The notes below the pieces were generated by a model, which saw nothing but the letters and a program-made list of their open reading frames with translations, made no database searches and was not told where the DNA came from. DNA of 64,000 bases. Origin: Sphaerodactylus townsendi. Taxonomy: Eukaryota. The translations under genes and the position numbers were made by a program. Positions 35,801 through 48,388 of the stretch are shown piece after piece. Where the stretch lies: NCBI RefSeq assembly GCF_021028975.2, contig NC_059439.1, positions 23,312,001-23,376,000 on the forward strand, written 5' to 3'. The stretch's first letter is position 1. The number at the start of each line of letters is the position of its first letter.

Positions 35801-38800
35801 GTGGCAGCAAGGCATCAATGGAGCAGCAGTGCATTCCACCACTAGGGGCATTGGATTAGGCTTCTCAACTTTTAGGACTCTGTTTATTTTAGCTTAATTG
35901 ACAGAAAAGCCTTTAGTCATGAACATATTAATTCACCATATTCTGGTATTGTTAGGTAATATACAGTTTCACACCAAGCCTGTCTACTTTGTGGTAAAGA
36001 CTGTTGATGAATGGTAGGATATACTGTTGCTTCAAGGAATCAGTAATTACCTTATTAAAATGTTTGTGCCAAACAATTGCTGTTGAATTGATGAAGAATG
36101 ATGGTTCTCTTGATGCAAAAGGTAGACTGATTCTCCCAACTTTCCTGTTAATGAGTGTTCCATTTTTTAAAACCACCCAGTTCAGTATGTCAAATCCAGC
36201 AGCCGATTCCTGGTTCTCATCAAAAAGTATCTCATTTGTAGCATTGTTTTGGTACTGGACTTTCTTCAGAAACCGATGGAGCTATATAGTATATAATCAA
36301 TTAAAATATGCTACTTCAAACAACTCCATCTTTGTAGAAGTTTCTCAGCATCATTTAAAGCCAAATAACAGCTGATGATCAGGGGAAGTGGGGAGATTAA
36401 CCATATATATCGCATGCAGATGTGTTTTCCACAAGTACATGGGATAATAAAAACACTCAATTAGCACAGCAATTGGAAGAGCTATTAATGAAACAATGAA
36501 CCATTGTGGATCTGTTCTGTTTTGGAAAGAAATTAGAGCTCATGGTGCTAAGAGCACAGCCTTCTTTTTTAATGGCATCACAAAAGTCAAAGAGCATCCT
36601 TTGGGGTAGGGGTGGAAGTATCAGATTGAATTCACAAAGACATCAATGTGTTTTTGAAGTGTGGAGGCTCTATCGCCCAATGTCAGAGCACACCATTTTC
36701 AACCGGTTCCAAGCCAATTACCTGCCCAAGTGATCCAAACCACTTGAGGTTTTCAAATTAACAGGCTGAAATATCATTATTAATATAATTATTAATAAGA
36801 ACATAAGAAGACCCTGCCTGTATTATTTGCCACTGGGCAAATAATACAGGCCTGGGCAAATAATACAGCCAGGGTCTTCTTATGTTCTTATTAATAATGC
36901 TTATTTTATCCATTTGAAACATTTATTTTCAGAGATCTGCTACGTTTTATAGGAACTGGTGGTAACACTGCAAGTAAAGTGGAGCAACAGAAACTTAAAT
37001 TGTATCCTTTTAGCCAAAAAATTGCCTTTGCTTTCTGGTGAATATCTGTCTGGAAATGGAATCTTTAGTCAGATTATTCCTTTGTTAATCTCTTGAAAGA
37101 AACGCATACAATATATAAAGAAGTTGTGACCAGTTTCATTCATAAACAGAAGCAAATGGTCTCACTACCTTCCATGGTTTAATATTGCGCACCAGTTGTC
37201 TCACATGGCCACGCAGCTCTTTCGGAATGTGTCTGAATGAATACATTTCATGCAATGCTTCTGCAATGGCGTAAACTGCTTTGTAGATATTGTAGCTCAA
37301 GGACAATGTCTGAAGGTCAAACCTGAAGTTAGGCAAATACTGAAGTCTTTCAAGTCCCGTACATGGGAACTGGTGCATGTTGCCCAAATCTACAGATGGA
37401 ATCAAGCAGTGAAATGCATTCCCCCAGAAATACTTCAAGAAAATGTCATCTGGATATTTGCTGAGACTTACAGTCTGAAGAAAATCTCGAAATCCCACAA
37501 TTTCATCTGCATGAAGAGCAAATGACAAGGAACCACTAAATGCAAACAATGTTGTATCCATTGGAGTGACACTGGATAGGAAGTCCCATTGAGAAGTAGT
37601 GGTAAGAACTTTCCCATGCGATGTGAAGGTTTCAAGCGTTATCTTCACCCAGATCAAGTAATCTGAAGCTCCATAGACCACAATGACATTGGAAGAGGAC
37701 TTTCTTATTTTCTCTCTCAGTAGTGACATCATTTTATTGGGGGGTGTTTTTAAAAGCATGTGTGTAAATGCAATGCAGATCTTCTTTTGAACAAATTCCA
37801 TTTTCAAGCTCAGAACAAAATTCTCGCTTTCTTCATTGTCAGAAACTATGAGGCCAATCCAGGTCCAACCAAAATGCAAAAGCAGCTTGGCTATTCCAGA
37901 AGTCTGGAGAATTTCGCTTGAGGTAGTCCGATAGAAAAATGGAAAATGGGTTTTATCACTTAGGACAGCATCCAATGACCCGTAACTAATCTAAACAGAA
38001 AGGGTAGGACTGATGACCGCTACATGTCTAATTAAGCTAAAAAACATAAATGTTCTAAGTCCGTGGTGGCGAACCTTTGGAACTCCAGATGTTATGGACT
38101 ACAATTCCCATCAGCCCCTGCCAGCATGGCCAAAGGTTCGCCACCACTGTTCTAAGTGTTTAATTGCTGGCAGGTACTATGAGTGAGCTTTTCCCCTGAA
38201 AACTGGTTCACAATTGCAATAAATATTGTGACTGGTTATCATTGTAACAGTTATATTTATGCTGATCTTGGAGAAAGTATAGATGCAGATCCTATAACAT
38301 TTTTCTTCTTGTGCAACTGCTCTGTTTACCACAAAGGCTTTTTTTTCTGTTGTGAAATTCAATTCCACTACTACTCATCCATAAGATCAAGGAGTCTTTA
38401 CATGAAAAAAATGTGCTATTGGCAGAGGAAGCAAGTGTCACAGTGAAGGAAACTCTCCAGAGCAACCACAGAGTAGTGTGAGAATAATGTCATAGGACTA
38501 TAGCCTTATGCAGTGGTGGGATTCAAATAATTTAACAACTGGTTGTTTACAAGCATCATTTTAACAACCGGTTGTGCCGAAGTGGTGTGAACCTGCTGAA
38601 TCCCACCACTGGCCTTATGGTGCATGGAGATTAGCAGGCTTTGGTAGATATTTTGCATAGATTTGAACCATAATCACCACCAGGAATACAAATCAATTAT
38701 TGGGGTGGTCTCTGACCTGAAATCTCTTAACTGGTACTGCCTCAAATATTAAGTGATTATGTCACTCATGAGCTATGCTTTTTGTCATATATTTTATAGG

Positions 38801-41800
38801 GTTGGAGATTCGGACAGTCCGAATCTGGATTTTTACCGAATCTGCACTGATTCGGACGGATTCGGACGAGCAGGGGCCGAATCTGAGCTGTCCGAATCCT
38901 AACAGAGCCGAATCTATGGGATTCGGATCACCAGCCGAATTGCATTTTTATTTTTTGGTGTTTTTTTCACGTTTCGGCCTGCAGGGGCGCATTTTTAAAC
39001 ATATCGGCACCAAAATTCCAGGGTATCATCAGGAGACTGTCCTGATGATGCCCTCCAAGTTTGATACGGATTTGGTCTAGGGGGGGGGCCAAAGTTATGG
39101 ACCCCCAAAAGGGGTCCCCTATCCCCCGTGCTTTCCAATGGGAACTAAGGAGATGAGGCTACCTTTTTGAGGGGTCCATAACTTTGCCCCCCCTGAACCA
39201 AGCTGCACGCAAACTTGGAGGGGCATCATCAGGACAGTCTCCTGATAATACACTGAAATCAATAGTACCGATGCATCTACAAATGCACCCCCTGCGGGCA
39301 CCTATTTGCACAAGATTCTTTGTTCTGCAGTGACTTAGCTGCATTGCTGTCAATAGAGAATTTCTGATAGAGGGCTGTAGAGTGCGACATTTTTCAAGGT
39401 AAACCCACAAAACTTTCAGGGGGTATCTTCAGGAGAGAGTCTCTGGATGACACCATCCCCAGGTTTGGGAGACTTTGCTTTAGGGGGCAGTGGGAGATGG
39501 GCCCTACCCTTTTGGGGTCCCATGGGTAAACCCCCTGAAGAAAAATTCCCCAAACCACATGGTGTCATCCAGAGGCTCTCCTGAAGATACCCTGAAAGTT
39601 TTGTGACCCTTACCTCCAGAAATGTGCACCTCACAACCCCTCTACCAGAAATTCCTCATTGATTTAACAATACAGCTAAGTCACTGCAGAAAGGCTAGAA
39701 TCTTGAACTGAAACTATGAGGGGAATACTACAGAGGATTCATTTTACACAAGGATATGTATTGGCGCAAATTATCAGGGATTATCATCGGGTGACTGTTT
39801 TGATGTTTGCCACCAAGTTTGGTGCAGTTTGGTTCAGGTATGGACGCTCAAAAGGGGTGCAACTATCCCCCATTGTTTCCAGTAGGAGCTGATGGGGGGA
39901 TGGAGGGCTACGCTCTTTGAGAGTCCATAACTTTGGCTCCCCTAGACAGAAGCTGCACCAAACAATGAGGGCTATCATCCAGGACCAGTCTCCTGATGAT
40001 ACCCTGAAAGACTAGTGTCACTAACTTTAAAAATGCTGGTTTGCTTTGTGTTTCACCGCTCACTCACTCCAGCGGGCTTCATATGCAGGAGCGATTGAGC
40101 AATGAAAGCAGGAATTTTTTTTAAAACTGAGTGGCACCCGAATTTCAGGGTATCATCAGGAGACTGTCACAGTGGCACCCCTAAGTTTAGTGCAGTTTGG
40201 TTCTCAGGGGCCAAAGTTATATGGACCCTCAAGGGGGGATACCCTATCCCCCATTGACAATGGGAGCTAATGGGAGATGGTGGCTACCATTTTGAGGGTC
40301 CATAACTTTGCCCCCCCTAAACCAAACTGCACCAAGCAGAAGTGTCATCAGGACAGTCTCCTGAAATAACCTGATATAACTGATATGTCTAAAAATGCGC
40401 CCTTACGAATCACCCCCAAAAAATTGCCTAATATTCTTTTTTCTGCAGTGACTTCTGCATTGCTGTCAATAGGGAATTTCTGGTGGAGGGCTGTAGAGGT
40501 GCACATTTATCAAGGAACAGATCACAAAACGTTCAGGTATTATCTTCTTGGGAGAGTCTCTGGATGGCCTACATCCGGGTTTGAGGAACTTTGCCTGAAT
40601 TTGGCAGTGGGAGATGGACCCTACCGATAACACTGAGCCCCTTGAAGCAACGGTCACCAAAACTGGATGGTGTCATGAAGATATGGTCTCCTGAAGACAC
40701 GCTGAAATTTTTATGGGTTTACCATGAGAAATGTGCACTCCACATCCCACCCATAGAAATTTCCCATTATCCCCAATGGAGCCAACCAATCCAACCACTA
40801 CAGAGCACAGAATCTGGGGGAAATTTCTTTGGGTGACTGTGAGAGGGTGCAGTTTTAGAACTACTGTCACTAAACTTTCAGGGTATCATACAAGTACTGT
40901 CCCTATGATACTCCCCAAGTTTGGTGAAGTTTGGGTCAGGAGGTACAAAGTTATGGACCTTCAAAAGTGTAGCCCCCATCTCCTGTTAGCTTCCATTAGA
41001 AACAATGGGGGATGGGGCACCCCTTTTGAGGGTCAATAACTTTGCCCCCCCTGAACCAAACCACATAAGCAAGGAGAATCATCAGGACAGTCTCCAGATG
41101 ATATCCTGAAAGTTTAGTGCCACTAGCTTTAAAATTGCGTCCCTTGCAGGCCAAAACGTGTAAAAACACCCAAAATTCAAAAAAATAATAAAACTGACCC
41201 GAATTTTTCGGATTTACCTGAATTTTCGGGCATATCCGAATCGGCTATGATTCGGATTCGGGTATACAAATCATTTTATGCCCCAAAATACCCAAATCCG
41301 AACTTTACCGAATTTTTTTAGTATTGACCAACCCTAAATAAATTGAATCAGACAGCCAATAAAGTAAATGTTAAGCGGGAATAGTACTACTAGGAATAGC
41401 ATTATTGTTTTGTTTTTGTCTTTGGACAAGGACATCTTGTCCGATTACTCTTTTTGAAGAGTAGAAGAACGATCCGCTTTGCATGTGGGGTGTGTTTACC
41501 ACCAAAGTGACACTGTTAAAAAAATGAACATATGATGTTACCCCACTGCCAACAACAACAACCTTTATTAGGCATTTCAAACAGGCTCTAGAGCGTTACC
41601 AGACATTTATGAAGTACAAATCAAGAGTATATGATGTTACCCCATTGCCAGATCATTGATCAAATTAGCTCACTTTGCCTACTTTTATTTACATTATTTT
41701 ATTTAGTATTTTATTTACAGTAGTTTATTTAGATGAATCAGGGCCACCAAAACTGCTATTTTGATTAGCACTGATAGTCTTGGTCATGTAAAGGCCTTTC

Positions 41801-43797
41801 TTAACAACTACCCAAGATATTTTAAAGGGAAATGCTAGATACTGAACATTGGATCTTATTACTGAAAACATATGGTCCACTGAGAACTTCATTATTATGC
41901 TGAATAATTCTCCCAGTATATACAACACACCTGTGGTATCTTGTAAATGCCTAGGATGTTTGCCATCTGAATGGATGAAGAGGACTTAAGCCCTCCAATA
42001 GCAGCAACAAACTTGCTCCATTTCCTGCAGGCAAAGTTGGGGGTTGTTCTCATCCTTTTAGAAAGCAAGCTTAAGGAACATTCAAATGTTTTCCTCTTGT
42101 TGAAATAGTTTTCATGGATGTGAAATCCTAGAGTAACATTAGGCAGCAAATCTGTGTTCTTGTTAATCTCCTCTGTGGCAAAGACTAAGGCTAGGACATG
42201 TTGATAGTTACGCGTTAGGGGGCTGCAATGAGAATTAAAATTTTAAATCCAAACAAAATGTGTGTGTTGTCCTCTCATATTGCAGAGTTTAAAGATGATG
42301 ATGAAAAAGACAGTAATAACTCTTGAGACCTTATATAGCATAAAACACACATATATAATTTCATCTATAAAAGAATACTGGATGGATGGTCGCTGCAGTC
42401 AAGAAGAGATGATGGATAAATTGTAATTTCCAGCTCAAAATTCATATATATATATATTTTTTAAAAAAATAATTCTCATATGTTAAGAAGGGGAACAAGT
42501 AGATGAGGAAACATTTTCTTCGATTCCAACTCAGGAAGTATTTGCTTCGTAAGTCTATCAATATAACTTTCATTTAAAGGTTCAAGGAAACTAATAGAAA
42601 AGCCAGTTCAGTATATTTTTTCTTCTACATTGGAAAAACCAAGAAATTCTAATTGGGTCTTTTTTTATACGAGATAGAAAAGAATTAGGTTTATCTCTAA
42701 AATGACATTTTAGCCAATATCGAGGAAGGTTTAGCCAGGTTTTAGTTTCTATAGAGTGTTGACTGAGCTCTGCATATACGACAGAGTTTGATTCACATGT
42801 AGGAACTCCAAGGATTTTGCAAAATAAGTTGGCCTGTAATCTTTCAATATTACCATCAAGAGCCTTTATCCAAACAGGAATTCCACATAGTAGTTGGGAT
42901 ACAATCTTTGTTTCAAATAGTTTAATAACTGAAGAAGAAGAGTTTGGATTTATATCCCCCCTTTTCTCTCCTGCAGGAGACTCAAAGGGGCTGACAATCT
43001 CCTGGCCCTTCCCCCCTCACAACAAACACCCTGCGAGGGAGGTGGGGCTGAGAGAGCTCCGAGAAGCTGTGACTAGCCCAAGGTCACCCAGCTGGCATGT
43101 GTGGGAGTGTACAGGCTAATCTGAATTCCTCACATAAGCCTCCACAGCTCACGCGGCAGAGCAGAGAATCAAACCCTGTTCCTCCAGATTAGATACATGA
43201 GCTCTTAACCTCCTATGCCACTGCTGATATAAGCTGATTTCCTTTTAGATAGAAGAACTGAGTGATTGAGGCAAGCGAACATTTTACTGATCTACTTAAA
43301 TTATCTTTGGGCAAAGTCCAATGAAGATTATATTAAAAAGTAATAACCAGGTAATTTAAATTTTTAACTCGTGTAATAGGTTTATTTTTTAACTATCCAT
43401 TTCTAGAGTTTCCAGTCACTTCTCAACACTGGAGCGAAAAATAATGTTGTTATTCATGGGCCATGCCTGATTTAGCTAATTCAAACAAATAGTCATAGTA
43501 AGAACATGCATGTTGAGAAATGAAATATAATAATAGTAGTAACGAAATACATATTGTACATTGCATAATTTAAAAAGTGACTTACTATTCATCTAACAAG
43601 TATGCAAGTGGAGGTTGGGTATTGAATTTTTCTGTCTTATCCCAAGTAAGGTACTGGGATAAGAGAGCACCAATAATGAGGTCTCCATCTTTATAATATC
43701 CTTTTGGATAGGTGTGTTCAAGGCTGCACTCATACTGCATCATCTTCCCTACCACTTTTGGAAAGAACAGTGATAAGATTACCAGAACCAGCATCAT
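31891..43797 (-). CDS. Vomeronasal type-2 receptor (V2R, class-C GPCR), six coding exons, 868 aa
   Basis: Exons 43797-43586, 42222-41931, 37990-37169, 36281-36051, 34718-34595, 32816-31891, all GT-AG; total 2607 nt in one frame; signal peptide, Venus flytrap, cysteine-rich domain, 7TM. Confidence 0.93.
32950..33870 (+). mobile_element. Nested insertion in V2R intron 5: old L2, then Squam3-like SINE (33008-33370), then MITE family A (33141-33281)
   Basis: L2 motif KLELNPDK before the SINE and LGVLLD after it; MITE TIRs GGCCCCTTCC/GGAATGAGCC lie inside the SINE. Confidence 0.7.
34100..34229. mobile_element. 130-bp MITE, family A
   Basis: Near-perfect TIRs; TSD TAA. Confidence 0.9.
34381..34495 (-). 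mobile_element. Short CR1 3' end
   Basis: (CATAAGAA)3 tail plus CTAGCCAGCTGGATCAGACCAGAGTCC, identical to the start of the 51803 copy. Confidence 0.8.
34595..34718 (-). CDS. V2R exon 5 (124 bp, cysteine-rich domain)
   Basis: [41 protein letters not shown]; AG/GT boundaries; not in the ORF track. Confidence 0.93.
36051..36281 (-). CDS. V2R exon 4 (231 bp)
   Basis: [36 protein letters not shown]...IVWHKHFNK|gtaatt. Confidence 0.92.
36788..36898. repeat. Near-perfect intronic hairpin (44-bp arms)
   Basis: 36788-36831 is the reverse complement of 36855-36898 with one mismatch. Confidence 0.9.
37169..37990 (-). CDS. V2R exon 3 (822 bp, Venus flytrap)
   Basis: [22 protein letters not shown]...[12 protein letters not shown]...[18 protein letters not shown]...PWK|gtagtg. 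Confidence 0.95.
38061..38149. mobile_element. Short hAT MITE
   Basis: TIR CCGTGGTGGCGAACCTTTGG / CCAAAGGTTCGCCACCACTG; 8-bp TSD TTCTAAGT. Confidence 0.85.
38511..38611. mobile_element. hAT MITE (CAGTGGTGGGATTC family)
   Basis: TIR CAGTGGTGGGATTC / GAATCCCACCACTG; 8-bp TSD GCCTTATG. Confidence 0.85.
38797..41336. mobile_element. 2.5-kb non-autonomous DNA element with internal alternating-orientation subrepeats
   Basis: TIR TAGGGTTGG / CCAACCCTA, subterminal ATTCGG/CCGAAT arrays; internal module shared with 29452-30773; TSD not recognisable. Confidence 0.7.
41931..42222 (-). CDS. V2R exon 2 (292 bp)
   Basis: [31 protein letters not shown]...PNFAC...AAIGGL...LGIYKIPQ|gtgtgt. Confidence 0.95.
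42931..43227 (-). mobile_element. tRNA-derived SINE (Squam3-like) in V2R intron 1
   Basis: (TTC)n tail on the minus strand, tRNA-like head; similar to 24388-24662. Confidence 0.75.
43586..43797 (-). CDS. V2R coding exon 1 (signal peptide)
   Basis: [17 protein letters not shown]...[14 protein letters not shown]...; phase-2 donor TA|gtaagt joins exon 2 in frame. Confidence 0.9.
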
Positions 43798-45022
43798 GGA
43801 AACTGTTGTGAAAAAAACAAATAAACAATCATTGACAGAGCATGTGTCATGCTTCAGAGTTACTGAGTGGAGGCTCTGGAAAAAAGAATTCAGCAAAAGA
43901 TAAGAAAATGAACCCTTTACATATGTCTACCTTGATAAAGTAAGTAATCAAACAATGACTCCAACCAGAAATATATTTACAGAAGTCTCCTTGACCTGAC
44001 TTTCATCTAATCATCTTATCTGCAATTTATGTGTTCTACTCAGCCAAAATGAACTTTTGAGTTGGTTATGGCACTTCATATAAACCATTATGAGGGAAGC
44101 AAAAAATCTGGTGATGGGTGAATTATGTTCAGGGCCCCTCACACCCAAAAGTTTCTATTTATTTCACCTCAAGAAAATTGCAAGGCAAATTCTGAGAATT
44201 ATATCTAGGATTTTGAGGGTAGCAAAGAAGCGTTTTGTTAAGAAAGGATAATTGGAGAGAGGGGAAACATATCCATCTGCATTTAAACTCTCTTTCTCTC
44301 TCAATTTCTTAAACTCTGTTAAAATGATACAATTACTTATCATGTCTCCATGCTCAGGATAAAAATGCTAGGTTAGGAAGACAAGTGGGCCTATTTATAT
44401 CTTATCTGTAACATTCCTGACAGAGTTCTAACCATCCACTTCATTCTCATTATCACAATTAAATTAAATCATTCTTGGGTACAAACACTTATTGATGTAA
44501 TTCTCATGATCTTCTGCTGAAAATGGAACAGGGAGGATGAACAGGTGCCTCAATAATTACAAGATTGAACAAAGGTGTTTTTTTTACCCTGAAGAGCTGT
44601 GTGGTGTTTTGTTTTTAGCTGCTTTACTTGTGGCTTGGGGAAAAAAATAATGAAGATGATTATGTCCTGATTTATCTAGTTGTTGGAAGTTCAGCTGCAA
44701 AGGAGGAAAGGGATTCTGCGCTGGTAATAGTTGTGAAGGAAAACAAATTTCAGGGAGGTCAGCTTTTGATATCCAACAGGAAAAGCTTGACCCGCCAAAA
44801 TGTCTCCTCAGAATTAGGAGTCCCTGCTAGACTAGATATTTATCATAACCAGTAGTGGGTACTGCAACAAACACTATAAGGAATTGGAAATTCTAGTCAG
44901 AGTTCTAAGAAATAAGGAGGAAGTTATAATTCCTGCCAGTTTGTTGCACAATTGTTTGCAACAAAACCTATGTCAGTGAAGCTAGGATTCTGTTTCCCTT
45001 GAATGAACCATTAAAACATCTG

Positions 45023-45270
45023 GGCCGTTTCCGCACGGCCGCCATGCGCCCCCACGCCGCCAAGAGTTCTGCCGGCGTGGGGGCGCAAGCCCGTTCGCAC
45101 GCAAGCGTGCGAGCAGGCCAAGCAGAGGCCCCCGCAGGAGAGGCAGCTCCACACGGAGCTGCCTCTTCCCCCTTCTCCGCCCCACTCACGATGTCTCCGT
45201 CGTCGCCTGCTGGCCGTGGAAGCCCCACCCACGCTGCCCTCCGACCCCTGGAGGTCGGAGGACAGTGTGG
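45023..45270. mobile_element. GC-rich Harbinger-like MITE, left half, running into N-gap 45271-45358
   Basis: TIR GGCCGTTTCCGCACGGCC. Confidence 0.7.
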
Positions 45271-45694
45271 NNNNNNNNNNNNNNNNNNNNNNNNNNNNNN
45301 NNNNNNNNNNNNNNNNNNNNNNNNNNNNNNNNNNNNNNNNNNNNNNNNNNNNNNNNNNAACTGACTCATGATGTAAGAGCACAGAAATTGAAAGCCTTGT
45401 CTTTAGAGTAGTATAAAGTGGACAATATTGAATCTTCTATTTTTATCACTTCTTTTTGTTGTATGTATGGTTGTTGGATTGGATGTATTATTAACAGTAT
45501 TTTTTTCTGAATTGATTCATAATTTGAGTCCTATGCAAGTGTTGCAAATCTATAGAAATTAGGGGCTGACCAAATTAGTGCCAAGGGTTACAGTAGGAAA
45601 GATATTCCTTGATAAATCTTGCTTAATTTTTTTTAAATACTAGAGTTTATTTTATGTGTGTATGAAAACAATAGATGTAGCTTCTGAAGACTCA

Positions 45695-46147
45695 GGCCCT
45701 TTCTGGACAGTAAATCTAAAGCACGTTGCAGGTCGGATAAATTGATTCATCCTTGCCCGGGGCTGCTTGCATGGCTGGCTGTCCTGTGGACAGCAAGCGC
45801 ATTGGCTGGGGTGTACTCCTTTGCACGGAGGTGCAGGGTTTATTTATTTACCTTTCACCAATTCGGGGCCTACGCAGGTAGGCACAAATGAACCCTGGGA
45901 GCCATAATATGTCTCTTTATGCCAGCGTGATGTGAGATGGGATATATAAAAAAAGGGAAGCGCGCCCATTTGCTCGGCAGTGGCTGTGAGGCGCATTGCA
46001 AGAAAAAAATTGCACATAGTGTGATTCTTGAAAAACCCGGGTTTGGGGGGGAATGCAGAGAGGACTTCATAAAGATCCATATGATGTTCCCAACCTGGAT
46101 TTTATTCTGTCCTTAACCCACGTTTATTGGCCCATGTAGAAAGGGCC
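45695..46147. mobile_element. Harbinger-like MITE
   Basis: TIR GGCCCTTTCT / AGAAAGGGCC; TSD TCA. Confidence 0.7.
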
Positions 46148-46984
46148 TCAAAGGATAATGCCAATAATGTACATTACAGTGGTCCAGTCTACATGTAACT
46201 AAAGCATAGATAACTGTAGATAGATCTGAACTGAAGCAGGGATGGGATAAACTGACATACAAGCCAAAGTTGGGCGAACACACTCCAAGCCATAGCAGCA
46301 ACCTAATTTTCTAAGGTGACACACATATATGCTAACCCACATTCCTCCATATTTGTGCATCAGAAACTATGGCTATCTGTAGACAACATAACTCATTAGG
46401 AAATAAAGCTCCCTCTTTCTTTGTTGTCAAATCACAGCTGAATTATGGTTGAAAACCTGTAGGGTTTTCAAGAGACTTTCAGAAGTGGTTTGGTATTCTT
46501 TGCCTCTGTGTGGACCAAGAGATCCAGAGGGAAAATCCTCTCTTTTCCAACCCTTCTCTGAAGCTGGCCATGAATGAGGCTGATCACTTCCGGCGCAGCC
46601 CTTTATAGGCTGCCAGGCCCTCGTCATGTGGCAGTTCCATGCCACATGACTGCCTTAGCCGGCTGGCAGGAAGGAGGCATTGCACTCTTTCCTCCCCTGC
46701 CACAACGGCATCACCAGGGTCATGATTTCTTTGCCTCTGTGTGGACCAAGAGAGATCTAAGAGAGCTATGACTGGCCCAAGGTCACCCAGCAGGCTTTAT
46801 GTAGAGGTGTGGAGAATCAAACTCAATTCTCCACTACACCACACTGGCTGCCAAAATAGAACAAAATGTCTATTAAGGTTTCTGTTCCTTTATTCCATAG
46901 GACAAATATCCAGGATTATGGGAGAAAATTCAGGATTATTCTGTTTTAATCACAGCAGTATGAATATTTCTTGAAGATTTAAAG

Positions 46985-47375
46985 CAGTGGTGGGATCCAA
47001 AAAATTTAGTAACAGGTTCCCATGGTGGTGGAATTCAAACTGTGGTGTAGCGCCAATGGGGCTGGGTGGGGCACGACAGGGGCATGGCCGGGCATTCTGG
47101 GGCGGGGCATTCCTGGGCAGGGCTGTGGCAAGGATGCAGCCGCTGTGCCGGTCCTTGGGCGGGAAACGAATGCACGCAGGCACAGGCTGCCATGCACGTC
47201 AGTGCACCTCCTGCTAGACTGTTTCAAGTTCTGTGCACTACTGCTGAGAGGAGGGGCGTAACTAAGGCAAAAATCATGTGGCAAAATCACCAATTAGTAA
47301 CCCCCTCTCAGCACACATACATAATTAGTAACCTACTCTCGGGAACCTGTGAGAACCTGCTGGATCCCACCTCTG
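46985..47375. mobile_element. hAT MITE
   Basis: TIR CAGTGGTGGGATCCA / TGGATCCCACCTCTG; 8-bp TSD ATTTAAAG. Confidence 0.85.
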
Positions 47376-48131
47376 ATTTAAAGCATTTCCCAGTAGCAAA
47401 AGCCCAAAAGGAGAATGTAATTATTCTTTAAAAGACTACATGAAGACTCATCAGAGGACTTAATCTCCTGGGATTGAAATATACTTGCACAGTTAAAAAT
47501 CAACAACTCCCAAATAGGTGACTCTCTTCTGCAGAATACAAGACACTAATTGGACTTCCCAAAGCTACCCATTTATTTTACATAAGATTACTATGAAGCT
47601 GAAGCTTGTGTGAAATTATCCATTGCCAACATTCAAGAAATTTACGAATAAGAATTTCAATACTTGCTCCACTGCTTCAGTTTATACAGCGTGCAGCAAA
47701 GTCACCAGCTATTGAAGAAAAGTTGGTTAACAAGAAGTAATGATGGTCTGGAGTGATTAACAGTGACAAAGGACCAGAAGTACTGCCAATGTGTTTAATG
47801 CGTTGGTAGGTTCTTCCTTCTTATTTAGTAGCCGTAGTAGAAGCTAAAAGGAGAGGCAAGGATATTGAAAAGAAAGTAAGTAAGTAAGAAAATGATCTGA
47901 ATCAGCAGTTTAGATATTACGATCATTATGAGATCAGAAATGTGAAGTCATGGTATATTTCCCATGCTGCTCTACATGAAGTTATAAATACTACAGCATT
48001 TAGAAAAATCTACTAAAGAGATACTACAAAACTATCGATGGCTTTACCATCAACCAGAAATGTCCCACCTTATGAATAAGAATACTGAGAATGTAGGGTG
48101 TAAGGGCGATCTGGCGTGAGGGCGATTGCCT

Positions 48132-48388
48132 AGATGTGAGGGCAATCTGGCTGCGACATCTGTCACCCCATTGACCACCATGGTTAATTTGGCTGATCCG
48201 GCTGGCTAGGCAGGTGTCCCCTACCTACCTCACTGCTCCATGTGCGTCCCTCCTGAAGCTGCACGCTCGGTGGAAGAAGACGACCATCCCAGATAGGAGG
48301 AGTGTACCGTTCTTCGGTCAAGGGTATACGATAGCTGCGCTCCCCTGCTAGAACCTCCAAACAAGCTCAAGGTCCATTTGTAGGAGAA
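48132..48388 (+). pseudogene. RN7SK: 7SK snRNA retropseudogene, 3'-truncated, no poly(A)
   Basis: Matches recalled vertebrate 7SK: GATGTGAGGGC.ATCTGGCTGCGACATCTGTCACCCCATTGA...GGCTGGCTAGGC.GGTGTCCCC...TTCGGTCAAGGGTATACG...CCCCTGCTAGAACCTCCAAACAAGCTC...GGTCCATTTGTAGGAGAA; 13-bp TSD AGAATACTGAGAA; many CpG-decay changes. Confidence 0.92.

Noticed and set aside
38797-41336. Repeat-spacer-like pattern suggesting a CRISPR array
   Set aside because: Eukaryotic DNA; repeats are long, degenerate and alternate in orientation inside a TIR element; no cas genes
48132-48388. Functional 7SK gene
   Set aside because: Lacks the 3' part and U-rich terminator, has a TSD and CpG decay, and shows no recognisable Pol III promoter
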